Source: an uncultured Bacilli bacterium
Lineage (GTDB): Bacteria > Bacillota_I > Bacilli_A > RF39 > UBA660
Assembly: GCA_947632455.1 (NCBI GenBank)
Contig: CANRPK010000002.1
Span: 16,683 to 80,682 of the forward strand
DNA length: 64,000 nucleotides
Direction of reading: 5' to 3'
Shown: piece by piece, positions 45,119-55,416 of the stretch
Position numbering within the stretch: the stretch's first letter is position 1
Layout: each line of letters opens with the position of its first letter
Program-made: the position numbers and the translations under genes
The notes under the pieces: generated by a model
Seen by the model: the letters and a program-made list of their open reading frames with translations, nothing else
Told to the model about the DNA's origin: nothing
Database searches by the model: none

Positions 45119-45677
45119 CTTGATCCTCTTTATAAATAGAATTAAATAATTCCGGTGTTTGATCTTCAACCTTTTCTAAAGGTAATTCTGGTAATTCATT
45201 TATTGATGAAAGTCCAAAACAATCTAAAAATTCTCTTGTTGTTCGATATAAATTTGGTCTGCCCGGTAAAGTTGATTTACCAGCTTCTTTAATTAATCCT
45301 TTAGCTAATAAACGTCTAATAACATAAACACTTCCTACTCCTCGCATCTCATCTATTTCAATTCTTGTTATTGGTTGATTATAAGCAATAATCGCGAGAA
45401 CTTCTAAGGCAGATGGACTAAGACTATTAGCTTCCGGATCTTCAACTAATTTTTGATAATATTCTTTATGTTCTTCTTTAGTTGTAAGTTTAAAAACATC
45501 CCCTAAATAAGTAATTCTAAGTCCACGATCAGCATTTTCATAATTACTTTTTAATTTTAATAATAATTCTTTTGCTTCTTCAATATTTATACTCATTATT
45601 TCGCAAAGACTAGTTAAACTAATCCCTTCATCTCCTACAACAAATAATATTCCTTCTAAAATACCTAGCTTATTCAT
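45102..45677 (-). CDS. scpB: segregation and condensation protein B
   Basis: ILEGILFVVGDEGISL... wHTH repeats. ATG lies behind AAGGAGG. Follows scpA. Confidence 0.9.
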   Translation of the reverse strand: MNKLGILEGILFVVGDEGISLTSLCEIMSINIEEAKELLLKLKSNYENADRGLRITYLGDVFKLTTKEEHKEYYQKLVEDPEANSLSPSALEVLAIIAYNQPITRIEIDEMRGVGSVYVIRRLLAKGLIKEAGKSTLPGRPNLYRTTREFLDCFGLSSINELPELPLEKVEDQTPELFNSIYKEDQDEVGV

Positions 45678-46401
45678 GGACTTTCCTCCTTTCAATAATA
45701 ATTGGTTTAAAATTATCTTCTTGTTTTAATTCTATTTCTTCATTTTTACTCATAGTTAAAATTGATAAAAAAGTAACAATCAAAAAATCTCTTTCCATAT
45801 TATCAAATAAATCTAAAAATTCAATTTTATCTTTAACACTCAAAATTTTACGAATATCAATAATTCTTTTTTCAATACTATACTCTTTATGCGTAATTTT
45901 AGTATTAATAGGTCGAGAATATTTTTCTCTTTCCTTCAAATTTTTTAAAGCTTCAATTAATTGATCAACTAAAGCATTTTTAAAAACATATTTTGAATTA
46001 TCTACAATTTCATCTAAATTCGTAGGACTTTTCGTATAAAAGCAATTTCTTCTATTCATCATTTCTTCTAAAGAACTAGTAATTTGTTTATATTTTTCAT
46101 ATTCAATAATTTTCTTTCTTAAATCTTCTTCAGAATCTATATGAAATTCATCATTATTATCTTCAGTACTATCATCATTAACTAACATTTTACTTTTCAA
46201 ATGAATTAATTCCGCGGCCATGACTAAATAAGAACTAGCAATATCAATATTTTTATTTTTTTGTTCTTCAATAAATGTTAAATATTCTTCAATTATAATT
46301 TTAATATCTAAAGCATATATATCCATTTTAGAAGTTTTAACTAAATGCAAAAGAAGGTCTAAAGGACCCTCAAAATCATTTATACAAAACTTATAATCCA
46401 T
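45670..46401 (-). CDS. scpA: segregation and condensation protein A
   Basis: FEGPLDLLLHLV is the kleisin N-terminal signature. Confidence 0.9.
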   Translation of the reverse strand: MDYKFCINDFEGPLDLLLHLVKTSKMDIYALDIKIIIEEYLTFIEEQKNKNIDIASSYLVMAAELIHLKSKMLVNDDSTEDNNDEFHIDSEEDLRKKIIEYEKYKQITSSLEEMMNRRNCFYTKSPTNLDEIVDNSKYVFKNALVDQLIEALKNLKEREKYSRPINTKITHKEYSIEKRIIDIRKILSVKDKIEFLDLFDNMERDFLIVTFLSILTMSKNEEIELKQEDNFKPIIIERRKVHE

Positions 46402-46421
46402 CGCAATCCTCCATCTAGTTT

Positions 46422-47372
46422 TTATTCACAAGTAAATCCTTGAGCTTCCATTTCAAAACTTACTACTTTTGGTTCTGTACCTAAAGAAAATGTATCGGCA
46501 TTAAATAAATAAAATCTACTTGCGGTATTTAAATCTACATTAGTTGTAATATTAAACTCTCCACTTTCTTGACTTCCAGAGAAAAGGGAAATAACTCCAT
46601 CTTGCTCATCATAAGTCGCCGAAGCTAATCTATATTCATCATATTTTTGTAAATAATCACTCTCTGAAGACGCATAAGATAATGTTGCATCAATTTCTTG
46701 TAATTTATTATCTTCAAAAATATAAGATACATTTTCATGAGCATTACTACATACTAATTTTTCTACTCCCTCATCATTAGGACTAAGAAATATCGGTGGA
46801 TAATCAATAATATCTTTTTTAACTATTGATATTAATTTGACATTTAAAGCCACTCCTTCATTTAATTTATGAGATATTTGCATAGTTTGACCAATTCCTA
46901 TAGGAGCACTTTCCAAAATTTTTATTCTCTGTAATAAAGTTTGATCTTCATTATATACTTCAACATAATAATTTAAATTATTAAGTCTAATATTATTTGA
47001 AGTAGTATTTTCAGCTTTAAAACTTAAAGTGTTATTTTCTATATCTAAATTAAAATTATCAGCTTTTATATCTGGCGCTTCAATTTGTAAATCACTAGTA
47101 AGTTCACTAAGTACTTGATCTGGTTCATCTTCTGTTGGAGGAACTATTGGTTTAGGTACATACTGTGGATTTTCTATTGGTGCATCAGGATCTAAATATT
47201 GATTAATAAAATCTGAAATTTCTGGCATAAATACTATTGCCAAAATAAATACTGTCATAATTACAAAAATACCAAAAGAAGTTTTCTTTCTACTTTCAAA
47301 AACCCCTATTGTTGTTGCGTTAAGTTCATTTTGTTCTAATTTCATATTTTTAACTTTTTGTTTTTTAGCCAT
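46422..47372 (-). CDS. hypothetical N-terminally anchored protein (316 aa)
   Basis: TM helix FGIFVIMTVFILAIVFM followed by a Pro-rich linker. No known motif. Confidence 0.5.
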   Translation of the reverse strand: MAKKQKVKNMKLEQNELNATTIGVFESRKKTSFGIFVIMTVFILAIVFMPEISDFINQYLDPDAPIENPQYVPKPIVPPTEDEPDQVLSELTSDLQIEAPDIKADNFNLDIENNTLSFKAENTTSNNIRLNNLNYYVEVYNEDQTLLQRIKILESAPIGIGQTMQISHKLNEGVALNVKLISIVKKDIIDYPPIFLSPNDEGVEKLVCSNAHENVSYIFEDNKLQEIDATLSYASSESDYLQKYDEYRLASATYDEQDGVISLFSGSQESGEFNITTNVDLNTASRFYLFNADTFSLGTEPKVVSFEMEAQGFTCE

Positions 47373-47433
47373 AATAATTCCCTCTTATCCTTCTATATTA
47401 TAACAAAAAAATACATAAATAAAAAGAACTAAA

Positions 47434-47784
47434 TTAGTCCTTTGGTTCAAAAAATATTGTTAAAACTACCGCGAATATTACCGCCCCAACTATAGCCGCT
47501 CCTCCATTAGTTAAAATTCCTGTAAATATTCCTAATATTCCTTTACTTTGATATCCTTCAATTCCCCCTTTATATAATAAATATCCAAAGTTAGAAATTA
47601 TTGTAGAAGCTCCCCCTCCAGCTAACTTAATTAATTTATCATAGATACCTAAAAATCCTAAAATAGCTCCTAACACTGTAAACATTGAAGTAACATGTCC
47701 TGGTGTTAATTTTGTATTATCTAAAATAAGCTGGGCCACTAAACAAAATAAACCCGCGACTATAAAAGCCCATATAAAAGTCAT
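47434..47784 (-). CDS. spoVAE: stage V sporulation protein AE
   Basis: 116-aa polytopic protein of SpoVAEb type, third gene after spoVAC and spoVAD. Confidence 0.8.
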   Translation of the reverse strand: MTFIWAFIVAGLFCLVAQLILDNTKLTPGHVTSMFTVLGAILGFLGIYDKLIKLAGGGASTIISNFGYLLYKGGIEGYQSKGILGIFTGILTNGGAAIVGAVIFAVVLTIFFEPKD

Positions 47785-48758
47785 TATAATACCTCCAAAC
47801 TAACCGCATGAGCAATTCCTGGAATACCTAATTTTTGATTAGCCATAGTTACAGATTGTAAAGACCCTGTGGCTATTATTAATATTTTTTTATATTTTTT
47901 AGAATTTAATATTTTATCAAATAAAACTAAAGGTAACGCTACTGGTCCACTAGCCCCAGCATACGTTTCTTGACTATTAGTATAGATTTCACATCCAGCA
48001 TCCATATATTTTTTTAATTTAATATCATGTACTTTATCAAGCATCTCCAAAAATATTTCCTTTCCAACTTTTCCTAAATCTCCAGTTAATATTAAATCAT
48101 AATAATTAGCACTACGTTTCATTTCATTTAAATGGGTAACTAAAGTCTTAACTGCCGCTGGAGCCATAACTGCTCCCATATTATTTGTATCAGTTATTCC
48201 CATATCAACACTTTCCCCTATTGTTGCACTTTCAATTTGAATATTAGTTTTTTCATTTGTAAGTAAAGTTGCTACTGCACCAGTCGTAGTAAAAGTACTT
48301 GTATGCTTTTTAATTGCCCCGTATTCTATCGGATATCTAAATTGTCTTTCAGCATTTAAATTATGACTACTAGTTACATTTACTACTCTCTTAGCTAGTT
48401 TACCACTAATAAAAGTTGAAGCTACAATCAATTCTTGAGCAAAAGTACTACAAGCACTATATAATCCTAAATAAGGTATTTTAAATTTTGCCGCATTATA
48501 ACTACTAACACTAACTTGATTTGTTAAATCTCCTCCAATTAATAAATCAATCTTACTATCTGTTAATTTATTATAATTTAAAAGATTATCTACCACTACT
48601 TGTTGCATTTTTATTTCTGCTTGTTCAAATGTTTTTTCACCATAATAATAATCATCAATAGCTAAATCATAATTATTTAAAAGTCCATCTTTTTCTAAAG
48701 GTCCAACCAAAGAAAAATAATCTTTTAAATAAACATTATTAAATTTTTTACTAGCCAT
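47784..48758 (-). CDS. spoVAD: stage V sporulation protein AD
   Basis: Thiolase-like SpoVAD pattern, 324 aa, flanked by spoVAC and spoVAE. Confidence 0.85.
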   Translation of the reverse strand: MASKKFNNVYLKDYFSLVGPLEKDGLLNNYDLAIDDYYYGEKTFEQAEIKMQQVVVDNLLNYNKLTDSKIDLLIGGDLTNQVSVSSYNAAKFKIPYLGLYSACSTFAQELIVASTFISGKLAKRVVNVTSSHNLNAERQFRYPIEYGAIKKHTSTFTTTGAVATLLTNEKTNIQIESATIGESVDMGITDTNNMGAVMAPAAVKTLVTHLNEMKRSANYYDLILTGDLGKVGKEIFLEMLDKVHDIKLKKYMDAGCEIYTNSQETYAGASGPVALPLVLFDKILNSKKYKKILIIATGSLQSVTMANQKLGIPGIAHAVSLEVL

Positions 48759-49188
48759 TAATCATCACCTTCACAATCACTAATATAAAAGCACTTACTA
48801 TTCCATATAAAATAACACTTCCAGCTAATTTAAAAAAATTTGATCCTAACCCAGTAACTAAGCCTTCTTTTTTATAATCTAAAGCACTACTTGATACAGA
48901 ATGAGCAAATCCTGTTGTTGGTAATAATAATCCTGCTTTAGCTTTACACATCCAATTATCAAAAAAACCTAATGCTGTAAATAATGATGATACAAATATT
49001 ACAATTAAACAAGTCCATGTACTAGCATCTACTCTTGAAATATTTAAAATTCCCATTAATAATTGAATTATGCCCTCCACTAAAAAGCCAATCATTCCTC
49101 CCGTTAAAAATGCAAATAAAGCATTTTGGGTTTTATTTTCTTGGGGTTCATGCTTTTTTACTAACTTTTGATATTCATCTTTATTCAT
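48751..49188 (-). CDS. spoVAC: stage V sporulation protein AC
   Basis: TTGFAHSVSSSALDYKKEGLVTGLGSNFFKLAGSVILYG closely parallels Bacillus SpoVAC. Preferred start is ATG 49186-49188 behind GGAGG. Confidence 0.85.
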   Translation of the reverse strand: MNKDEYQKLVKKHEPQENKTQNALFAFLTGGMIGFLVEGIIQLLMGILNISRVDASTWTCLIVIFVSSLFTALGFFDNWMCKAKAGLLLPTTGFAHSVSSSALDYKKEGLVTGLGSNFFKLAGSVILYGIVSAFILVIVKVMING

Positions 49189-49245
49189 AATAACCTCCAC
49201 TCTTATTATGAAATAAATAAAAAAAGTTATACACAAAAAAAGTAC

Positions 49246-49755
49246 CTATGCTGGTACTTCTTCTGTCTCGTATAAAACAACTTTACCTTTTTTTAAACTT
49301 GCTTTAACATCAATAACTCTTTGATTAGATGAACCACAATATTTTAATAAAAAGCTATGTAACTCATCTTTATATTGACCATCTACTAAAACATCAATAT
49401 AATTTAAAACTTCTTTATCCATTAAATCTCTGTCCATTAAAAAACCAGACCATACCCAAATTGTTTTATTAGGATATACAGCTTTAAATCTCTTAGCTAA
49501 TTTAGTTGTCCCCTCAATATTTTTAGGATGCATTGGCTCGCCCCCTAAAATTGATAAACCTTCTATATAATCATACTTAGCCAAATCTAATATTTTTTCA
49601 ATTACTTCATCCGTAAACTCTTTTCCTCCGTTAAAATCATGAGTTTCAGGATTAAAGCAATTATAACAATTAAATGCACATCCCTGCATAAATATAGATA
49701 CTCTAACGCCTGGGCCATTAGATATATCCATCTTTCTTACTTTATTGTATCTCAT
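49246..49755 (-). CDS. nrdG: anaerobic ribonucleoside-triphosphate reductase activating protein
   Basis: Radical-SAM cluster CAFNCYNCFN. The size and position after nrdD also fit. Confidence 0.9.
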   Translation of the reverse strand: MRYNKVRKMDISNGPGVRVSIFMQGCAFNCYNCFNPETHDFNGGKEFTDEVIEKILDLAKYDYIEGLSILGGEPMHPKNIEGTTKLAKRFKAVYPNKTIWVWSGFLMDRDLMDKEVLNYIDVLVDGQYKDELHSFLLKYCGSSNQRVIDVKASLKKGKVVLYETEEVPA

Positions 49756-49757
49756 AA

Positions 49758-51920
49758 TTAAATTTCTTCTGCATCTTTATTATCTATATGCATAACTCTT
49801 TCTTTAATTTCTTGAGTTCTACCTTTATTCCAGAAATTAGAACCAATATAACCACAAGTTCTTCTTGCTACATTCATTTTATCATGGTCTCTATTTCCAC
49901 AATTAGGACAATACCATTCCATATTATCATCAATTAATATTTCTCCAGTATAACCACATTCATGACAATAATCAAGTTTAGTATTTAATTCTGCATACAT
50001 AATATTATCATAAATAAATTTAATAACTTCAATAACTGCCTCTAAGTTATTACTTAAATTAGGAGTTTCAATATAAGAAATAGCTCCTCCAGGACTTAAA
50101 GCTTGAAATTCACTTTCTAATTTTAACTTTGTAAAAGCATCTATTTCTTCAAATACTGGTACATGATAAGAATTAGTTATATAATCACGATCAGTTATAC
50201 CTTTAATAACTCCAAATCTTTCTCTTAAACATTTAGCAAATTTATAAGTTGTTGCTTCAATCGGAGTTCCATAAACACTGTAATCAATGTTTTCTGCTTC
50301 CTTCCAAGCTTTACAAACTTCGTTAAGTTTACGCATAACTTTTAATCCAAATTCTTTACCAATTCCATTATCAGTATGAGAATGACCTGTCATAAATTTA
50401 ACACATTCATATAAACCTGCATAGCCAAGTGAAATTGTTGAATATCCATTATGAAGTAAATCATGAATAGATTCACCTTTCTTAAGTCTAGCTAAAGCTC
50501 CATATTGCCATAAAATTGGTGCAACATCACTAGTAGCTTTAGAAAGTCTTTTATGTCTAATTTGTAGTGCTTTATGACATAACTCTAATCTTTCATCAAA
50601 AATTTTCCAGAATAGATCCATATCTTTATCACTTGATAATGCCACATCAACTAAATTAATTGTTACAACTCCTTGATTAAATCTACCATAGTATTTAGGT
50701 TTTCCATTTTCATCAACATAAGGAGTTAAGAACGAACGACATCCCATACATGGATAACATTGTCCATTTCCATTTTTATCAACTTTAAGTTGTTTCATAA
50801 TTTTTTCAGAAATATAATCCGGAACCATTCTCTTAGCTGTGCATTCTGCTGCAAGTTCTGTTAAATACCAATATTTACTATTCTCATGAATATTATCTTC
50901 TTCAAGAACATATAAAAGTTTAGGAAAAGCTGGAGTTATATAAACACCTTTTTCATTTTTCATTCCTTCAATTCTTTGTTTTAAAACTTCTTCAATAATC
51001 ATTGCAAGTTCTTCTTTATATTCATCTGTTTCTCCAAGATACATACAAACAGATAAGAAAGGAGCTTGTCCATTAGTTGTTGTCATTGAATTAATTTGAT
51101 ATTGGAATGTTTGTACTCCATCTTTTATTTCTTTTGCTAAATCATCTTTAGCATATTTTTCACAATCTTCTTTATTAAATTTTCTCGCTTTATATTTTTC
51201 TAAATAACGATTATAACTATCTCTAACGAATGGTGCTAAATGTGTTAAAGTAATTGTACAACCACCATATTGACTAGAATTAACCGCTGTAATAAGTTGA
51301 GTTGCAATCGTCATCGCGGTCAAAAATCTGTGTGGTTTTTCAATCATTACCCCATTAATATTAGTTCCATTTTGAAGCATATCTTCTAAATTTATTAAAT
51401 CACAATTATGTAAAGCATTTTGTGCAAAATAATCTGCATCATGAAAATGAATAATACCTTCATCATGAGCTTTAACTATATCTTCCGTAAGTAAAAATCT
51501 TCTTGTAATATCTGTACTTGTAATACCAGCTAAATAATCTCTTTGAGTTGTTACTACTTTAGCATTTTTATTTGAATTTTCCGTATTCCAATAATCACTT
51601 TCTCCATCAATTAATTCTTTAATTGATACATCAGTAGTATTACTTTTTCTTACTAATTCTCTTGTATAACGATAAGTTATATATTTTTTAGCTAATTTAT
51701 ATTTACCGATACTCATTAATTTTTCTTCAATTATATCTTGAATATCTTCTACAAGCATTCTTTTTTTACCAAGTTTTTCAATATATTTTATAATATTTTT
51801 TATTTGTGTACTACTAGCTTGATCTTCTTCTTCAACCTCAGCATTAGCCTTCATAATAGCTTGCTCAATTTTTTCTGGTGAGTAATCCACCATATGTCCA
51901 TCTCGTTTTATTATCTTCAT
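49758..51920 (-). CDS. nrdD: anaerobic ribonucleoside-triphosphate reductase
   Basis: ATP-cone N-terminus (IIKRDGHMVDY), a C-terminal Zn ribbon (CHECGY...CPNCG), and the glycyl-radical motif RTCGYIG. Confidence 0.95.
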   Translation of the reverse strand: MKIIKRDGHMVDYSPEKIEQAIMKANAEVEEEDQASSTQIKNIIKYIEKLGKKRMLVEDIQDIIEEKLMSIGKYKLAKKYITYRYTRELVRKSNTTDVSIKELIDGESDYWNTENSNKNAKVVTTQRDYLAGITSTDITRRFLLTEDIVKAHDEGIIHFHDADYFAQNALHNCDLINLEDMLQNGTNINGVMIEKPHRFLTAMTIATQLITAVNSSQYGGCTITLTHLAPFVRDSYNRYLEKYKARKFNKEDCEKYAKDDLAKEIKDGVQTFQYQINSMTTTNGQAPFLSVCMYLGETDEYKEELAMIIEEVLKQRIEGMKNEKGVYITPAFPKLLYVLEEDNIHENSKYWYLTELAAECTAKRMVPDYISEKIMKQLKVDKNGNGQCYPCMGCRSFLTPYVDENGKPKYYGRFNQGVVTINLVDVALSSDKDMDLFWKIFDERLELCHKALQIRHKRLSKATSDVAPILWQYGALARLKKGESIHDLLHNGYSTISLGYAGLYECVKFMTGHSHTDNGIGKEFGLKVMRKLNEVCKAWKEAENIDYSVYGTPIEATTYKFAKCLRERFGVIKGITDRDYITNSYHVPVFEEIDAFTKLKLESEFQALSPGGAISYIETPNLSNNLEAVIEVIKFIYDNIMYAELNTKLDYCHECGYTGEILIDDNMEWYCPNCGNRDHDKMNVARRTCGYIGSNFWNKGRTQEIKERVMHIDNKDAEEI

Positions 51921-51960
51921 ATTTACCTACTCCTTTTCCATTTACCATGGCAAAAGTATA

Positions 51961-51980
51961 GCATATTTAAAAAAATATGT
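51961..51980. promoter_or_regulatory. inverted repeat CATATTT-N4-AAATATG in the nrdD / crp-fnr divergent region
   Basis: 7-4-7 palindrome immediately upstream of a minus-strand TATACT (51955-51960), and ~25 nt upstream of the plus-strand TTGCAA-17-TATAAT promoter. Confidence 0.35.
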
Positions 51981-52037
51981 AATGATGCATTTGCAACATT
52001 TTACGATTTTTGTTATAATTTTTTTAAGAGGTGTAAA

Positions 52038-52685
52038 ATGATCAAAATTTTTAATCAAATTTCTGCCCAAAATAAAGTAAAATTATTAAGATTACTCAAA
52101 TCTCATAGCTTTACATTCCAAAATGAGACAAGTATACTGTCAACTGTAAAGTCAGATAACATTATCGGTATTATTGCCCAAGGATATGCTGAAATTATTC
52201 GTACCGACCATAATGGAAATGAAACAGTTATCGAACAACTTGAAAAAGAAGATATCTTTGGTACTGAAATATCTTCCTTAAAAAATGATGAATATGATAT
52301 CATCGCCAAAGAAAATAATACTGAAGTTATAATCATTGATTATAATAATATTATAAATTGTAAAGAAAATAATAAATCTTTTTATAATGAATTTATTAAA
52401 AATCTTTTTCAAATTCTAAACTTTAAACTCAAAGAAAAAAATGAACGTCTAAATATAATTACTAAAAAAACTATTCGTGATAAATTACTAGAATATTTTA
52501 GTATTGAATCCAAAAAACATGGATCAAGTTATGTTTATTTATTTTCTACTTTCACTGCCCTTGCTGACTTTTTAGCTATTGATAGAAGTGCCATGACTAG
52601 AGAACTTAAAAACTTAAAAGATGAAGGCTTAATTGAAGTAAAAGGAAAACGTATCACCCTACTATATAATGATAATTGGATTTAA
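52038..52685 (+). CDS. Crp/Fnr family transcriptional regulator
   Basis: cNMP-binding-like barrel and a C-terminal HTH (LADFLAIDRSAMTRELKNLKDEGLI). True start is ATG 52038 behind AGAGGTG; the track ORF starts inside nrdD. Confidence 0.8.
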   Translation: MIKIFNQISAQNKVKLLRLLKSHSFTFQNETSILSTVKSDNIIGIIAQGYAEIIRTDHNGNETVIEQLEKEDIFGTEISSLKNDEYDIIAKENNTEVIIIDYNNIINCKENNKSFYNEFIKNLFQILNFKLKEKNERLNIITKKTIRDKLLEYFSIESKKHGSSYVYLFSTFTALADFLAIDRSAMTRELKNLKDEGLIEVKGKRITLLYNDNWI

Positions 52686-52897
52686 TTTTTGATAAAAATT
52701 TTATTTCTTACATAATAAAAAAAGGAGAATAATATCTTTTTGAAGCCAGTATAAAATACATCTGCAACAATCTAAAGTAATTTAATTATACCATTTTAAA
52801 TTATTAAATTAATATTTTAATAACTACTATAATTTATATCAATTTACTAAGCAGTATTATACGTGATATAATATTTGCAAAGGAAAGGAGTAAAATT

Positions 52898-53719
52898 ATG
52901 AATAATCAGGTTACTAAATTATATATTTTAATTGCCTTTTTATGTGTGTTAATACTAGTATTAGGAGGTTATATTGCTTTTGATAAACTTCATAAAACTA
53001 AAGATGTAACAAACAATTCATCAAATTCTAATAATAATTTAGTTTCTAAATTAGACAATACTAAAGATTGGGTTTATGATGCAGAATATACAAAAAATGT
53101 AACTACTAATTCTTATTCAACATATTATGATGAAACATATTATGCAAAAGATATTGTTGTACCATATATCAATATTAATTCATCTTATGCAAACACAGCT
53201 AATAAAGAAATTAAAACCATATTTGATGATGCAATTAAAAGTTATAACGAAGGTGTAAACGATAAAATTACTTATGTAGATGAATGTGGATACCAAAAAT
53301 ATGTAAATAATAATAGTTTATCTGTATTATTAACTTATGGGGTTGGTGCTACCGATATTGTTCATCCTGAATACTACACATATAATATTGACTTAAAAAC
53401 AGGAAACCAATTATCTTATGAAGAGTTATATAATATAGCAGGTTTAAATTCTAGTAATATTGATACTATAGTTGAAAATGCAATCACTAAAATAATGAAA
53501 GATAGATTAAAAAATTTCGAAAATCAAGAAGATGGATCTTATCCTAATGGAACTAATTTTAATACTTATAACACCCAAAGTATTAATAATTATAAAAATT
53601 CTGTTAGTAATAATACCCTAAAATATTTCTTATCAAATGATGGAAAATTAAACATTATTGTTAAATTAAGCATTCCAGCTGGAACTGGTCAATTAGATAC
53701 TATTATTACAGTAGAATAA
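52898..53719 (+). CDS. hypothetical N-terminally anchored protein (273 aa)
   Basis: TM anchor and an Asn/Ser-rich linker. Weak resemblance to DUF3298/RsiV-type domains; not verifiable here. Confidence 0.45.
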   Translation: MNNQVTKLYILIAFLCVLILVLGGYIAFDKLHKTKDVTNNSSNSNNNLVSKLDNTKDWVYDAEYTKNVTTNSYSTYYDETYYAKDIVVPYININSSYANTANKEIKTIFDDAIKSYNEGVNDKITYVDECGYQKYVNNNSLSVLLTYGVGATDIVHPEYYTYNIDLKTGNQLSYEELYNIAGLNSSNIDTIVENAITKIMKDRLKNFENQEDGSYPNGTNFNTYNTQSINNYKNSVSNNTLKYFLSNDGKLNIIVKLSIPAGTGQLDTIITVE

Positions 53720-53751
53720 TATATTTATTATTTTTGCTACCAAAAATTATT

Positions 53752-53785
53752 AAATTGAGCATTTTAAAATTAGCTCAATTTTTAT
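53752..53785 (+). terminator. rho-independent terminator
   Basis: AATTGAGC, loop, GCTCAATT, then TTTT. Confidence 0.65.
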
Positions 53786-53934
53786 TTCTGCATTTATCAA
53801 TTATTGCAAAATAAAAACTCCATTCTTTTCTACATAAACCTTCAAAATTGAACAGAGCCCTCAACCAACCTTTTTGAAGCTGATACTTATATATTTTAAA
53901 CCTAAACTATAAAAATTTAGATTAATTTATCACT

Positions 53935-54008
53935 TGGAGGGGCCTACCAGATTTGAACTGGTGCTCGGGGAGTTGCAGTCCCATGCCTTACCACTTGGCT
54001 AAAGCCCC
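53935..54008 (-). tRNA. tRNA-Cys (anticodon GCA), CCA encoded
   Basis: Acceptor GGGGCTT/AGGCCCC, anticodon loop CTGCAAC, T-arm ACCAGTTCAAATCTGGT. Confidence 0.88.
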
Positions 54009-54122
54009 ATACTAATTATATTCACCAAAACCAGTAATATTATTGTATTATAATTATTTTAATTTGTCAATAAAATAGACCACAAATACGACTTTTAATT
54101 GAAGTATATTTATGATCTATTA

Positions 54123-55397
54123 TTAATTTAAAACTCTTTTAAGTTTTAAATTTTCCACTTTTTCTATTTTCTCAAAAATATCATAAGGATCTATCGAATC
54201 AACAAGCTCAGTGCAATTTTTCATAAACGCTAATGTATCATCACTTAATATTTTTATCATTTGTACAGCTAAATAATTACCAATAATATATGGATAAGTT
54301 TCATATAAACCAAAAGGATAAAGAATAAGGTTTGTTATACAATTATCACATTTTGTTTTAACCAATTTATCAATATTTAAAAAATCTGGATCTGCTTCTA
54401 AAATTTTATCAATATCTTCTTGAGTAAACCAACTAGTTAAATTTTTAATAGCATCTAAATTACTTTGATACTCATCTTCATAAGTTATCTGACCTTTTTC
54501 CAAATAACTTTTTAAATAATTAACTAAAGAAATATTTTGCATTATTAAACTAGCAGAATTTTTAAGACGATTTGCATTTATTGCGAGTAATTCATCTTCA
54601 CTAATTCCTTTAGCTTTTAAAAAGGATAATGCAACTAATTCATAAAAACAAGAAGAAAATTCTTTTAAAGTTAAAGGGATATTTTGTTCTTTTTTAATTG
54701 ATGAAATATAATGTGCAAATTCGTGAAAAAAAGTGGGAATATCACTAACATTATAATTTAAAGTTAAAAAAATATAATATCCATCATCTATTTTAGCCAC
54801 GAAATTTTCCAATTTACTTAAATCTGGAATTCCTATTTTTTTAACTAAATTATCTTTTTGTTGTACATCTAAATCATTTATAATAATTATTCTATTATTA
54901 GCTAAAGCTTCCAAATATATATTATACCAAGTTAAAGAAGGATCAATTTTTTCAAATAATTCTCTAATATATAAATTTTTAGTATTGATAGAAATTGGAC
55001 TAAATTCCCTACCGGGTACATCACTATTTTTCAAACAAATTCCAAATTGATCAACCATGATTAATAATAAAGAAGAAAAATTATTATATAAAAACTCATC
55101 AGTATTATCAATTTCTATATCCGAAACCTGTTCTTTATATATAAGTCTATTTATTGCTAAATTAAGTAATTCATTTAAAGCCAAAAATCGCCATTTATCT
55201 AAAGCCCAATTATAAATTATATCTTTATTTTCTTCCTTATCAATATCTAAAAGCATATTATTTTCTTTATCATAAGCATCCGCTAACATCCTATAAAATA
55301 TATCTTCATCACCATTAATATTAGCAGAAATAGAAGAACTTTTTTTCGTCTTAATAAATAATAAATTTATAAAAGATTTTAACAATTCTTGATCCAT
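54123..55397 (-). CDS. putative zinc metallopeptidase (HExxH; M3/oligoendopeptidase-like)
   Basis: FFHEFAHY motif in an all-helical protein. Preferred start is ATG 55395-55397 (MDQELL) behind GGTGA. Confidence 0.45.
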   Translation of the reverse strand: MDQELLKSFINLLFIKTKKSSSISANINGDEDIFYRMLADAYDKENNMLLDIDKEENKDIIYNWALDKWRFLALNELLNLAINRLIYKEQVSDIEIDNTDEFLYNNFSSLLLIMVDQFGICLKNSDVPGREFSPISINTKNLYIRELFEKIDPSLTWYNIYLEALANNRIIIINDLDVQQKDNLVKKIGIPDLSKLENFVAKIDDGYYIFLTLNYNVSDIPTFFHEFAHYISSIKKEQNIPLTLKEFSSCFYELVALSFLKAKGISEDELLAINANRLKNSASLIMQNISLVNYLKSYLEKGQITYEDEYQSNLDAIKNLTSWFTQEDIDKILEADPDFLNIDKLVKTKCDNCITNLILYPFGLYETYPYIIGNYLAVQMIKILSDDTLAFMKNCTELVDSIDPYDIFEKIEKVENLKLKRVLN

Positions 55398-55416
55398 TAA
55401 AATCACCAAGAAAATA

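Noticed and set aside
52735-53895. An 11-nt identical sequence CTTTTTGAAGC flanking ORF 52898-53719 (at ~52737 and ~53870) next to tRNA-Cys, considered as possible att-like repeats
   Set aside because: The identity does not extend beyond 11-12 nt, and no recombinase is present. A match this short is plausible by chance in 64 kb of AT-rich DNA.
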